From NCBI RefSeq assembly GCF_000009605.1, contig NC_002528.1, forward strand, positions 450,001 through 482,000: DNA of 32,000 nucleotides. The letters run 5' to 3'. Shown here piece by piece: positions 21,487-32,000 of the stretch; within the stretch, counting starts at the first letter, position 1; every line of letters begins with the position of its first letter. Below the pieces are notes generated by a model, which was given only the letters and a program-made list of their open reading frames with translations, was not told where the DNA came from and did not search any database. This DNA comes from Buchnera aphidicola str. APS (Acyrthosiphon pisum). Lineage in GTDB: Bacteria; Pseudomonadota; Gammaproteobacteria; Enterobacterales; Enterobacteriaceae. The translations under genes were made by a program, and so were the position numbers.

Positions 21487-23310
21487 ATGCATCATAGTAT
21501 AAGAAATATTGCCATTATAGCACATGTTGATCATGGTAAAACAACATTGCTTGATAAATTATTACAACAATCAGGAACATTTGAAGAACATGAAGAAAAA
21601 ACTGAAAGAATTATGGATTCTAATGATTTAGAAAAAGAACGAGGTATTACAATTTTATCAAAAAATACTTCAATAAAATGGAATAATTATAAAATAAATA
21701 TAGTTGACACTCCGGGACATGCTGATTTTGGAGGTGAAGTAGAACGTGTAATGTCTATGGTAGACTCAGTGCTTTTGGTGGTAGACGCATTAGATGGACC
21801 AATGCCGCAAACTCGGTTTGTAACTAAAAAAGCTTTTAAATATGGTTTAAACCCTATAGTTGTAATTAATAAAATTGATCGAATTCACTCTCGTCCTGAT
21901 TGGGTAGTAGATCAAGTTTTTGATCTTTTTGTTAATTTGAATGCAAGTGATGAGCAACTTGATTTTCCTATTATATATACATCTGCCGTTCTTGGAACCT
22001 CAGGGACAGATTATTTGAATATGCAAAATAACATGATTCCATTATATGAATCTATTATCAAATATGCTCCTGCTCCTAACGTTAATTCTGATCAAAAGTT
22101 TCAAATGCAAATCTCACAACTTGATTATAATAGTTATCTTGGAGTCATAGGGGTTGGACGTGTTAAACAAGGTTCTATTAAGACTAATGATAAAGTGACT
22201 ATTATTGATAGATTTGGAAAACATCGTAGTGGTAAAGTTAATAAAGTATTAAACTATTTTGGATTAAAAAGAATGGAAATCAATCAAGGATATGCTGGAG
22301 ATATCATTGCTATTACAGGTCTTAATAAATTAAAAATTTCAGATACAATTTGTCATCCAGATAATCTACAACCTCTTCCAGCATTAAGTATCGATGAACC
22401 TACTGTAAATATGTTTTTTTCAGTAAATACCTCACCTTTTTCAGGAAAGGAAGGGAAATATATTACATCTCGTCAAATTTTAGAACGATTAAAAAAAGAA
22501 ACCATGCACAATGTTGCTTTACAGATAAAAGAAACGAAGGATCCAAATATTTTTTCTGTATCTGGACGCGGTGAGTTACATTTATCTATATTAATTGAAA
22601 ATATGCGTCGTGAAGGGTTTGAGTTAGAAGTTTCCCGTCCTAAAATTATTTTTCGTGAAATTAATGGGATTCAAAAAGAACCTTTTGAAAACGTAACTTT
22701 AGATATAGAAGAAAAAAATCAAGGAAGTGTTATGCAATTTATAGGTATCAGAAAAGGGGAATTAAAAAATATGATTCCAGATTCAAAAGGAAGGGTGCGC
22801 CTTGAATATATATTATCTAGCAGAGCATTAATCGGATTTCGTTCGGAATTTATGAGTATAACTTCTGGAACAGGTCTGTGTTATTCATCTTTTAGTCACT
22901 ATGATAACCTCCAAAATAGCAATATTGGACAAAGAAAAAATGGAGTTTTAATATCGAATAGTACAGGTATGGCAGTAGGGTTTTCTCTATTTAATTTACA
23001 AGAAAGAGGAAAATTATTTATAGGACATGGCGCTCAAGTATATGAAGGACAAATTATAGGACTTCATAATCGTTCTAATGATTTAACGGTTAATTGTTTA
23101 ACTGGAAAAAAATTAACTAATATGAGAGCTTCTGGTACAGACGAAGCAATAGTTTTAACGACAGCAATTCATTTCACATTAGAAGAAGCAATAGGATTTA
23201 TCAACGATGATGAACTTGTAGAAGTCACGCCTCATTCTATACGAATACGTAAATTTTATTTAAAAGAAAATGAAAGAAAAAGAGCTAATCGTAATAAAAA
23301 ATCTATTTAA
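21487..23310 (+). CDS. typA: Ribosome-associated GTPase BipA/TypA
   Basis: [72 protein letters not shown]; 607 aa; AAGGA upstream of the ATG. Confidence 0.98.
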   Translation: MHHSIRNIAIIAHVDHGKTTLLDKLLQQSGTFEEHEEKTERIMDSNDLEKERGITILSKNTSIKWNNYKINIVDTPGHADFGGEVERVMSMVDSVLLVVDALDGPMPQTRFVTKKAFKYGLNPIVVINKIDRIHSRPDWVVDQVFDLFVNLNASDEQLDFPIIYTSAVLGTSGTDYLNMQNNMIPLYESIIKYAPAPNVNSDQKFQMQISQLDYNSYLGVIGVGRVKQGSIKTNDKVTIIDRFGKHRSGKVNKVLNYFGLKRMEINQGYAGDIIAITGLNKLKISDTICHPDNLQPLPALSIDEPTVNMFFSVNTSPFSGKEGKYITSRQILERLKKETMHNVALQIKETKDPNIFSVSGRGELHLSILIENMRREGFELEVSRPKIIFREINGIQKEPFENVTLDIEEKNQGSVMQFIGIRKGELKNMIPDSKGRVRLEYILSSRALIGFRSEFMSITSGTGLCYSSFSHYDNLQNSNIGQRKNGVLISNSTGMAVGFSLFNLQERGKLFIGHGAQVYEGQIIGLHNRSNDLTVNCLTGKKLTNMRASGTDEAIVLTTAIHFTLEEAIGFINDDELVEVTPHSIRIRKFYLKENERKRANRNKKSI

Positions 23311-23363
23311 AATAACAAAACTATAAACTAAGAAATTAAAAAAATCAATATTATCTTTTTCAA

Positions 23364-23398
23364 TTATATAATTCTATTTATTCAATAGAATTATATAA
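23364..23398. terminator. Perfect inverted repeat between convergent typA and gmk; candidate bidirectional terminator
   Basis: TTATATAATTCTATT - TATTC - AATAGAATTATATAA: 15-bp perfect stem, 5-nt loop. Confidence 0.6.
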
Positions 23399-23432
23399 AA
23401 GTGTTCCTAAATTATGAAATAATTTTTAAAAA

Positions 23433-24056
23433 TTAACATTTTAACAAATTAGAAATCAGTAAATTATGTTTGTTCTTTTGATGAAATAAACACAAATGTT
23501 CGGCAGTAATAATTGTTATTAAATCATTTACTGCTTGTTTAAAATCATCATTAATAATTAAATAATCATATTCTGAATAATGTTGCATTTCATCTACTGC
23601 TTTTTCCATTCTATTTGCAATAACTGAATCACTATCTTGGCCTCTTTCTCTTAATCTTTTATATAATGTATCTTTAGATGGTGGTAACAAAAAAATACTT
23701 TTTGATTTTGGCATTTTACATTTAATTTGTTTAGCTCCCTGCCAATCAATATCAAGAAAAACATCAATCCCAGAAAACAGCATTTTTTCAATATATTTAC
23801 GCGAAGTTCCATAATAATTACTAAATACTTTCGCATATTCTAAAAAATATTCTTGTTTAATCATAATTTCAAATTCTTTTTTTGATATAAAATAATAATG
23901 TTTTCCATGTAATTCACCGGGTCGTATAATTCGAGTAGTATGAGAAATAGATACTCGAGTATTATATAAAGTTTTTGACTTTAATAATCCTTGAATTAAA
24001 CTTGATTTTCCTGTTCCACTTGGAGCAGAAATAATAAAAAGAATACCTTCAGACAT
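23433..24056 (-). CDS. gmk: Guanylate kinase
   Basis: [28 protein letters not shown]...[19 protein letters not shown]...[16 protein letters not shown] 24056 is collinear with E. coli Gmk; 25 upstream codons in the ORF track are probably not coding. Confidence 0.96.
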
Positions 24057-24155
24057 GATATTTTGAAAGACAGTTTTATCGAAAATTTTATAAAAAATAA
24101 ATGTTGTTTTTTTAAAACATAGAACATGCAAATAAAAAAATTTTTGTATTATTAT

Positions 24156-25115
24156 CTAATTTTTTATTAAAAAAATATTTTCAAACCCATGTATTCTGAA
24201 TAAATTATTTATATTTACAGATTTACGCAAAACTACTTGTATATAAATTTCTTCACACTTAACATGAACTATAGATAATAACACACCAACTTTAAACCAT
24301 TCACTATCAACTTTAGTTTCAATAAATGAACCAATTTTAGGAAAAATACTTCCTGTACTTACCAAAAAACATAAAAAATACTTATTTGTTTTTTTAAAAA
24401 ATATTCGTGCTATTGTTTCTTGTCCATAATAACATCCTTTTTTAAAGCTAATAGCTTTAAGATTATGTAAATTAATTGCTTGTGGTGTAAATTTGTTAGA
24501 ACATATTTTATCAATAACAGGAAGCCCTGCTTCAATATCTAATAATAACCATTGTTTACTATTGTTTAAAAATATATTTTGATTAATTTTTCTTTTTAAA
24601 GTTAAAAAATCTAAAAAAGGTAAAACTAATAAAAATCGTTCTGATGGTTTCTCATACCATAATATAGTTTTATTATCCTCATGAATTACTGGGCAACTTT
24701 GATTTGGTATTTTAACAAATAAGCTGGATAAAAATGATCTAACATTGCAACCTGCAAATCCTATTAAACAAATACTATTTAATTCACGAATTTTTATTTT
24801 CGAAAAAATGGAATACTTACAAATTTCTTTAATTTGAATTTGAGAAACACTTTTGCGTTGAATATAAGCATAACCTTTTTCATAATGAAACAAATGCATA
24901 GTACTCCATACTCTTCCATTAAAATTACAATGTGCACAAAGTGTGTGATGGGTCTTAAGCAGTAAATTTATATCAATAGTTAATTGACCTTGAAGATACT
25001 TTTTACTATCAATTCCTTCTACATAAGTTAAAGACCATTCTTCAAGAAGAATCATTGTTAATGATAATTCATTTGAAGGATAGATAATATTTTGTATCGA
25101 TATAAAGGATGGCAT
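24156..25115 (-). CDS. ygfZ: Folate-binding Fe-S cluster repair/tRNA-modifying protein YgfZ
   Basis: Signature KGCYYGQETIAR (family K-G-C-Y-x-G-Q-E), LQGQLTIDINLL, LLDIEAGLPVI; 319 aa. Confidence 0.93.
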   Translation of the reverse strand: MPSFISIQNIIYPSNELSLTMILLEEWSLTYVEGIDSKKYLQGQLTIDINLLLKTHHTLCAHCNFNGRVWSTMHLFHYEKGYAYIQRKSVSQIQIKEICKYSIFSKIKIRELNSICLIGFAGCNVRSFLSSLFVKIPNQSCPVIHEDNKTILWYEKPSERFLLVLPFLDFLTLKRKINQNIFLNNSKQWLLLDIEAGLPVIDKICSNKFTPQAINLHNLKAISFKKGCYYGQETIARIFFKKTNKYFLCFLVSTGSIFPKIGSFIETKVDSEWFKVGVLLSIVHVKCEEIYIQVVLRKSVNINNLFRIHGFENIFLIKN

Positions 25116-25284
25116 ATTTTATTTCCTAAAATAAATTAAATACAAACTACACAAAATTAAAATAAATGCACCTATCTAATTAAACAGATATAATAACAAT
25201 CTAATTTTAAACATTCGAAAAATACACCTTAAAAAGGTTAAAAAATTTTTAATCAAATTAAATTAACAGAAGAACTATAAAATT

Positions 25285-26383
25285 ATGATAGAAAATAATA
25301 TGACTACAAATCAAATTAACAGTCTTAATAGACGTGTACAAGATCTTAAGAGGTATCTTTGACTATAACAAAAAAAAATCCCGTGTTTTAGAAATTGATT
25401 TAGAATTATCATCACCTAAAACATGGACAGAACAGATATCTATAAAAAAACTTAATAAAGAAAAATATTTATTGAATTCTATAATTCAAAATATCAATGA
25501 AATCGAAGAAAACATTAAAGAAGTAGTTATTTTTTTAGAATTGGCAATAGAAACACAAGATAACCTAGTATTTAAAGAATCTTTATTAGAAATTCAAAAA
25601 ATAGAACAAGAAATAAAAAAACTTGAATTTTACCGTATGTTTTCAAAAAAAAATGACCACTACGACTGCTATATTGATATACAATCTGGATCCGGAGGTA
25701 CAGACGCACAAGATTGGTCTAAAATGTTACTAAGAATGTACTTAAGATGGGCTGATAAAAAAGGATTTCACACTGAAATTATTGATGAATCTATCGGTGA
25801 AATAGTTGGGATTAAATCATCTACTATTAAAGTAAGTGGAGAATATGCCTTTGGTTGGTTTAGAACAGAAACAGGCATACATCGTTTAATTAGAAAAAGT
25901 CCTTTTGATTCTGGAAAGAGACGTCATACTTCCTTTAGTTCAATTTTTATATATCCAGATATAAATGAAAAAATTGATATAAATATTAATTATTCTGATC
26001 TCAGAATTGACGTGTATAGAGCATCTGGAGCAGGAGGACAACATGTAAATAGAACGGAATCAGCTGTACGTATTACTCATTTGCCTACGAACATTGTTAC
26101 CCAATGTCAAAATAATCGTTCTCAACACAAAAATAAAGAACAAGCAATGAAACAAATGCAATCAAAACTATACGAAATACAAATGAGAAAAAAACAAGAA
26201 GAAAAACAAAAAATAGAACAAAATAAATCAGATATAACATGGGGAAATCAAATACGATCATATATATTAGATAACTCTAAAATAAAAGACCTTCGCACTG
26301 GAGTTGAAAAAAATCATGTTCAATCTGTTTTAGATGGCGATCTAGATGATTTCATTGAACAAAGTTTAATTATGGGGTTATGA
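25285..26383 (+). CDS. prfB: Peptide chain release factor 2, expressed via programmed +1 frameshift (25285-25359 joined to 25361-26383)
   Basis: Frame 0: ATG 25285 then 25 codons [25 protein letters not shown], then in-frame TGA 25360-25362 in context TATCTTTGAC. The +1 frame continues [22 protein letters not shown]...[21 protein letters not shown]. The ORF track starts only at 25334 in the +1 frame. Confidence 0.97.
25349..25363 (+). promoter_or_regulatory. Programmed +1 ribosomal frameshift site of RF2
   Basis: AGAGG TAT CTT TGA C: SD-like GAGGU immediately upstream, CUU slippery codon, UGA with weak-context C. Confidence 0.95.
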
Positions 26384-26392
26384 GGAATAAAA

Positions 26393-27913
26393 ATGTCTGA
26401 AATAGAAAAAAGAAATCATGGTGATTGTAATATTTTATACAAAGAAATAAAAAAAAGAGAACAAAAACTTGTTAATATGAAAAAAGAAGGATTTTCTTTC
26501 CCGAATAGTTTTAAAAAAAATACTACTTCAAGAAAAATTTATCAAAAATACCAAACAAAAAATAGAAATGAACTCATATCATTAAATATTGAAGTTTCCA
26601 TTGCTGGTCGTATGGTGCAAAGACGTATTATGGGAAAAGCTTCTTTTTTTACCTTGCAAGATATAGAAGGAAAAATACAAATTTATATAAATGAAAAAAA
26701 AATATCATCTGATTTTTATCGCTTTCACTTTAAAAAGTGGGATATCGGAGATATTTTGGGTGTGATAGGAACATTATTTAAAACTAAAACAGGTGAATTA
26801 TCTATTTATTGTAAAAATGTAACAATACTTAATAAATCATTAAAACCTTTACCAGACAAGTTTCATGGTTTATCTAATCAAGAAATACGTTATCGGAAAA
26901 GATATCTAGATTTAATTAGTAATAATAAATTATATAGTATTTTTAAAAATCGTTCTAATATTATCACAGCGATTCGTAATTTCATGATAGAAAATGATTT
27001 TTTAGAAGTCGAAACTCCAATGCTACAAAATATTCCTGGAGGAGCTAATGCTCGTCCTTTTATTACTTATCATAATGAAATTGATTCTCAAATGTATTTA
27101 AGAATAGCTCCTGAATTATATTTAAAAAAACTAATTATTGGGGGCTTTGAACGTATTTTTGAACTGAATAGAAACTTTCGTAACGAAGGAGTATCAGCTC
27201 GTCATAATCCAGAATTTACTATGATGGAAGCATACATTGCATATTCTAACTATGAAGATATGATGGAATTAACAGAAAATCTTTTTAAAAGTATTACAAA
27301 GTTTCTTTTTCAAGATAATAAAATTATATTCAACAACAATAATTTTGATTTCAGTCAACCATTTCGTAGATTAACTATGACAGATTCTATTCTTGAATTT
27401 AATTCAACTATTACCTCATCCGATTTAAAAGATTTTTATAAAATCAGAGAATTTGCAAAATCTATAGGAATAAAAGTAGAAAAAAAATGGGGTTGCGGCC
27501 AGATAGAAACTGAAATATTTGAAAAGACAGTAGAAAAAAAATTAATTCAACCAACTTTTATTACACAATACCCAGTAGAAGTTTCTCCATTGGCAAGACG
27601 TAATGACATAAATTTAAATATAACTGATAGATTTGAACTTTTTATTGGTGGATATGAAATAGGAAATGGATTTTCAGAACTAAATGATGTAGAAGATCAA
27701 AAAACACGATTTTTAAATCAAATTCAAAAATCAAATAAGGAAGATAATAAAAATCTATTTTACGATAAAGAGTATATAGAAGCGTTAAAATATGGTTTAC
27801 CTCCAACATCTGGATTAGGAATAGGAATAGATCGTTTAATTATGATATTAACTAATCAAATCAGCATTCGTGATGTAATTTTATTTCCAACACTTCGTCC
27901 ATTTAAAAAATAG
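26393..27913 (+). CDS. lysS: Lysyl-tRNA synthetase (class II)
   Basis: FHGLSNQEIRYRKRYLDLI, FLEVETPMLQNIPGGANARPFITYHN, LYLRIAPELYLKKLIIGGFERIFELNRNFRNEG, GLGIGIDRLIM; 506 aa; next to prfB as in E. coli. Confidence 0.98.
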   Translation: MSEIEKRNHGDCNILYKEIKKREQKLVNMKKEGFSFPNSFKKNTTSRKIYQKYQTKNRNELISLNIEVSIAGRMVQRRIMGKASFFTLQDIEGKIQIYINEKKISSDFYRFHFKKWDIGDILGVIGTLFKTKTGELSIYCKNVTILNKSLKPLPDKFHGLSNQEIRYRKRYLDLISNNKLYSIFKNRSNIITAIRNFMIENDFLEVETPMLQNIPGGANARPFITYHNEIDSQMYLRIAPELYLKKLIIGGFERIFELNRNFRNEGVSARHNPEFTMMEAYIAYSNYEDMMELTENLFKSITKFLFQDNKIIFNNNNFDFSQPFRRLTMTDSILEFNSTITSSDLKDFYKIREFAKSIGIKVEKKWGCGQIETEIFEKTVEKKLIQPTFITQYPVEVSPLARRNDINLNITDRFELFIGGYEIGNGFSELNDVEDQKTRFLNQIQKSNKEDNKNLFYDKEYIEALKYGLPPTSGLGIGIDRLIMILTNQISIRDVILFPTLRPFKK

Positions 27914-27978
27914 TTTTAATTGATTAATGTTTTTTTAAAGATAAATAAAAAAATTTTAGACTTTTAATGAGATATCAT

Positions 27979-29226
27979 ATGCCAAAACCTTTAAATAACA
28001 CTGAAAATAACTTAAATACTAACAGAATTAAAGATTTAATAAAAAAATATAGCCCTCCATTTTGGGTTTATGACGCCGATATTATCTATAAAAAAATTAA
28101 TTTGTTAAGAAAATTTGATGTGATTAGATTTGCTCAAAAATCTTGTTCAAATATTAATATACTGCGATTAATGAAAAATAAAAATGTCAAAATAGATGCC
28201 GTTTCATTAGGCGAAATTGAACGAGCCTTATTATCTGGATTTAAACCAAGTACAAATGAAATAATTTTTACTGCGGATATTTTAGACGAAGAGACTTTAT
28301 TGAAAGTAGCAAAATATAAAATACCAGTAAATGCTGGTTCTTTAGATATGTTAAAACAATTAGGAAAAATTTCACCAGGTCATCATGTTTGGTTAAGAAT
28401 TAACCCAAGATTTGGATACGGTCATAGTAAAAAAACTAATACTGGAGGGGAAAATAGTAAACATGGAATTTGGCATCCTGAGCAAGCAATACCAATTATA
28501 AAAAAATATAAATTAAAATTAATAGGCTTACATATGCATATAGGATCGGGAGTCAACTATTTGCATCTAAAAAAAGTATCTCAAGCTATGATTAAATATG
28601 CTTTTCAATTAAATCAAAAAATATCATCTATTTCTGTTGGTGGAGGATTACCTATACCCTATAAATTCAATGATCAACCTATTGATATAAAAAAATATTT
28701 TATGTTATGGGATATAGCAAGAAAGAAAATATCTAAATTTTTAGGAGAAAAAATTGAATTAGAAATTGAACCTGGAAGATTTTTGGTTGCAGAATCAGGC
28801 ATTTTAATTTCTAAAGTATGGGCTACAAAAAAAATGGGTAACAAAAATTTCGTTTTAGTAGATGTTGGGTTTAATGATTTAATGAGACCAACTATGTATG
28901 GTAGCTACCACCATATATCTGTTATTTATGGAGATGATAGGAAGATGAATGAAAAAGAGACTATTGATACTGTTGTCGCAGGACCTTTATGTGAATCAGG
29001 AGATATTTTTACGCAAAAAGAAGGAGGTACTGTTCAAACCAGAAAACTGCCTACTATAAAAGTAGGAGACTATTTAATTTTTCATGATACAGGAGCCTAT
29101 GGTGCTGCAATGTCGTCTAATTATAATACAAGACCACTTATTCCAGAAATTTTACTAAAAAATAATGATTCTATTGTTATTCGAAGACGTCAAACAATTG
29201 AAGAAATACTAAATCTAGAAAAATAA
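27979..29226 (+). CDS. lysA: Diaminopimelate decarboxylase
   Basis: FWVYDADIIYKKI...RFAQKSCSNINILRLM...GENSKHGIWHP...LHMHIGSG...EPGRFLVAESG...CESGDIFTQKEGG; start at MPKP or four codons upstream (27967). Confidence 0.97.
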   Translation: MPKPLNNTENNLNTNRIKDLIKKYSPPFWVYDADIIYKKINLLRKFDVIRFAQKSCSNINILRLMKNKNVKIDAVSLGEIERALLSGFKPSTNEIIFTADILDEETLLKVAKYKIPVNAGSLDMLKQLGKISPGHHVWLRINPRFGYGHSKKTNTGGENSKHGIWHPEQAIPIIKKYKLKLIGLHMHIGSGVNYLHLKKVSQAMIKYAFQLNQKISSISVGGGLPIPYKFNDQPIDIKKYFMLWDIARKKISKFLGEKIELEIEPGRFLVAESGILISKVWATKKMGNKNFVLVDVGFNDLMRPTMYGSYHHISVIYGDDRKMNEKETIDTVVAGPLCESGDIFTQKEGGTVQTRKLPTIKVGDYLIFHDTGAYGAAMSSNYNTRPLIPEILLKNNDSIVIRRRQTIEEILNLEK

Positions 29227-29291
29227 AATTTTTTATAATAACTTATACATATGAAAATATTTTTTTAATCAAAGGATATTATATAAAATAA

Positions 29292-30137
29292 ATGTACATT
29301 TTTTTTCCTAAATTAAATCCTATAATTTTTACGATTGGTCCTGTATCTGCTCGCTGGTATGGTTTTATGTATGTTATAAGTTTTTTATTTGCTATGTGGT
29401 ATGGAAAAAAGTGCAGTATTAAAAATAAAAAAATATGGTACGAAAAAAAAATAGAAACATTATTATATTCTATTTTTTTAGGATCATGCATCGGAGGAAG
29501 AATAGGATATATTATTTTTTATAATTTTTCATATTATTCTCAAAATATGTTATCTGTATTTTATATATGGGAAGGAGGCATGTCATTTCATGGAGGATTA
29601 ATAGGTGCTATAATCGTCATGTCGTATTTTTCTTTTAAATATAAAAAAAAAATATTAGAAATATCTGATTTCATCACTCCACTAATACCTTTTGGTTTAG
29701 GCGCTGGTAGAATAGGAAACTTTATTAATAGTGAACTATGGGGTCGTGTATCACCCAATTTTTCATATGCAATGATTTTTCCCAATTCTCAAAATCAAGA
29801 TTTAAAAGAAATAAAAAAATATCCCGAATTACAACTATTATTAGATCAATACGGAGCATTGCCGCGTCATCCTACCCAATTATACGAATTTTTTTTAGAA
29901 GGGATTCTTCTGTTTTTTATAATTTATTTTTTTTCGAAAAAAGATAGACCAACAGGTAGTATTAGCGGTTTATTTTTAATTTTTTATGGATTATTTAGAA
30001 TATTTATAGAATTTTTTAGAGAACCAGATCCACAAATAGGACTATTAAAAAATATAATTACTATGGGACAAATATTATCACTTCCTATGATTATTGCTGG
30101 ATTAATTATTATGTATAAATCTTATTATAAAAAATAG
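29292..30137 (+). CDS. lgt: Prolipoprotein diacylglyceryl transferase
   Basis: [76 protein letters not shown]; 281 aa. Confidence 0.97.
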   Translation: MYIFFPKLNPIIFTIGPVSARWYGFMYVISFLFAMWYGKKCSIKNKKIWYEKKIETLLYSIFLGSCIGGRIGYIIFYNFSYYSQNMLSVFYIWEGGMSFHGGLIGAIIVMSYFSFKYKKKILEISDFITPLIPFGLGAGRIGNFINSELWGRVSPNFSYAMIFPNSQNQDLKEIKKYPELQLLLDQYGALPRHPTQLYEFFLEGILLFFIIYFFSKKDRPTGSISGLFLIFYGLFRIFIEFFREPDPQIGLLKNIITMGQILSLPMIIAGLIIMYKSYYKK

Positions 30138-30150
30138 ATTCCGAGGAATT

Positions 30151-30945
30151 ATGAAACAATACATCAAATTAATTAAAAAAATCATCAGGGTTGGAAACCA
30201 AAAAAAAGATCGCACAGGAACAGGAACTTTATCTATTTTTGGTTATAATATGAAATTTGATTTAAAAAAAGGTTTTCCACTTCTTACTACAAAAAAATGT
30301 CATATTGCATCTATCATCTACGAGCTTTTATGGTTTTTAAAAGGAGACACAAACATTTCTTATCTAAATGAAAATAAAATATCAATTTGGAATAATTGGG
30401 CAAATGAATCCGGAGATGTTGGTCCAATATACGGAAAACAATGGCGTAATTGGAGTACACCAGAAGGACACGAAATTGATCAAATAAAAAATGTATTAAT
30501 ACAATTAAAAAAAAATCCCGATTCCCGTAGAATGTTAGTTTCTAGTTGGAATGTTGGAGATATAGATAAAATGAGATTACCTCCTTGCCATGTTCTATTT
30601 CAATTTTATGTATTTAACAATACATTAAGTTGTCAATTGTACCAGCGTTCTTGTGATGTGTTTCTAGGACTACCTTTTAATATAGCTAGTTACTCAATAC
30701 TTATACACATGATAGCACAACAATGTGATTTAAAAGTTGGAGATTTTTTGTGGACAGGAGGCGATGTTCACTTATATAATAATCATATAGAATTAGCAAA
30801 AAAACAAATACTCAGAATACCTCGAACGCTTCCCAAACTAACCATCCTCAAAAAACCTCAGTCATTATTTCAATATTGTTTCGAAGACTTTAAAATTATT
30901 GGATATCATCCTTATCCTGCTATCAAAGGAGAAATATCTATATAA
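30151..30945 (+). CDS. thyA: Thymidylate synthase
   Basis: [31 protein letters not shown]..., [36 protein letters not shown]; 264 aa, same length as E. coli ThyA. Confidence 0.98.
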
Positions 30946-31011
30946 AAAAATAAAAGACTTGTATAAGAGATAATATTTTTTACAAATTAAATTGGATTAA
31001 TTTTTAAGCAT

Positions 31012-32000
31012 ATGAAATATATATATATAAAAACTTGGGGTTGTCAAATGAATGAATATGATTCATCTATGATAATCACTTTATTAGAAAAAAATAATCA
31101 ATACTCACTTACCAAGTCAGCGGAAAATGCTGATATTTTAATATTAAATACTTGCTCTATAAGAGAAAAAGCTCAAGAAAAAGTTTTTCATCAACTAGGT
31201 AGATGGAAAAAAATAAAAAATAATAACCCAAAAGTCATTATTGCTGTAGGGGGTTGTGTAGCTACTCAAGAAGGAAAAGAAATTTTTAAAAGAGCAAATT
31301 ATGTAGATATCATATTTGGGACTCAAACTTTACATAGATTACCAAAAATGATCGATGAAGTAGAAAAAAAACGCAAGTTATCAATTGACATCAGTTTTCC
31401 TAAATTAGAAAAATTTAAATATTTTTTAGCACCTAAAAAAAAAGGATACACGGCAGATATTTCTATTATGGAAGGATGTAATAAATATTGTTCTTTTTGT
31501 GTAGTCCCATATACAAGAGGAAATGAAATTAGTCGTCCATGTGATGATGTATTATTTGAAATATCACTTTTAGCAAAACAAGGAATAAAAGAAATCAACT
31601 TATTGGGACAAAACGTAAATGCATATCAAGGTCCAACCTTTAATGGAAAAGTTTGTTATTTTTCAGAATTAATAAGATTAGTTGCAGAAATAGATGGAAT
31701 CGAGAGAATTCGATTTACTACTAGTAATCCACTTGAATTTACTGATGATATTATTGAAGTATATAAAGACACACCAAAACTAGTAAGTTTTCTTCATCTT
31801 CCTGTTCAAAGTGGTTCTAATAAAATTCTTAATTTAATGAAACGTTCATATACAACAGAAGATTATACATCTATTATTAAAAAACTAACAATTGCCAGAC
31901 CTGATATTCAAATTAGTTCAGATTTTATTGTTGGATTTCCTGGAGAATCTGAAATAGATTTTGAAAAAACTATAGAATTTATAAAAAATATTAATTTTGA
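31012..32000 (+). CDS. miaB: tRNA-2-methylthio-N6-dimethylallyladenosine synthase, 3'-truncated by window edge
   Basis: Absent from the ORF track. My translation from ATG 31012 gives [28 protein letters not shown]...[22 protein letters not shown]...VGGCVA...[23 protein letters not shown] (radical-SAM CxxxCxxC) and stays open to position 32000. Confidence 0.96.
   Translation, partial: MKYIYIKTWGCQMNEYDSSMIITLLEKNNQYSLTKSAENADILILNTCSIREKAQEKVFHQLGRWKKIKNNNPKVIIAVGGCVATQEGKEIFKRANYVDIIFGTQTLHRLPKMIDEVEKKRKLSIDISFPKLEKFKYFLAPKKKGYTADISIMEGCNKYCSFCVVPYTRGNEISRPCDDVLFEISLLAKQGIKEINLLGQNVNAYQGPTFNGKVCYFSELIRLVAEIDGIERIRFTTSNPLEFTDDIIEVYKDTPKLVSFLHLPVQSGSNKILNLMKRSYTTEDYTSIIKKLTIARPDIQISSDFIVGFPGESEIDFEKTIEFIKNINF

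Noticed and set aside
23651-23836. Minus-strand 61-aa ORF
   Set aside because: Same strand as gmk but in another frame; embedded in conserved kinase sequence.
24057-24131. N-terminal extension of gmk ([25 protein letters not shown])
   Set aside because: The conserved start is [14 protein letters not shown] at 24056; the extension is upstream untranslated sequence left open by chance.
25334-25360. prfB as an N-terminally truncated gene or pseudogene with an in-frame stop
   Set aside because: The TGA sits in the canonical RF2 programmed-frameshift context with correct codon count, so it is recoding, not decay.
29279-29947. Three small ORFs (29279-29491 -, 29588-29785 -, 29738-29947 +)
   Set aside because: All overlap lgt, whose frame carries the conserved Lgt motifs.
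31323-31598. Minus-strand 91-aa ORF at the window end
   Set aside because: Antisense to miaB, which is absent from the ORF track only because it has no stop in the window.

Overview
The window reads as an ordinary stretch of a highly reduced, strongly AT-rich endosymbiont chromosome. Protein similarity recognised by eye and residual E. coli gene order point to Buchnera aphidicola (aphid primary endosymbiont) or a very close relative. Gene content, left to right: glnS (5'-partial), pyrG, eno (+); nlpD-like, ispF, ispD, ftsB, cysC, cysN, cysD, cysG, cysH, cysI, cysJ, mutS (-); dsbA, polA (5'-3' exonuclease domain only) (+); engB (-); typA (+); gmk, ygfZ (-); prfB (with programmed +1 frameshift), lysS, lysA, lgt, thyA, miaB (3'-partial) (+). 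I saw no tRNA/rRNA, CRISPR, mobile element, toxin-antitoxin, defence or secondary-metabolite system, and I do not think a new biological system is present. The points worth a second look are specific to reduced genomes: the conserved RF2 recoding site missing from the ORF track, an NlpD homologue whose remaining peptidase-like histidines are gone, MutS lacking its C-terminal tetramerisation/clamp-binding tail, a C-terminally short FtsB ending beside an A10 tract, a CPYC DsbA, GTG/TTG start codons, an intact sulfate-assimilation cluster, and two strong hairpins between convergent genes. All homology calls are from memory of E. coli sequences; no database search was run.
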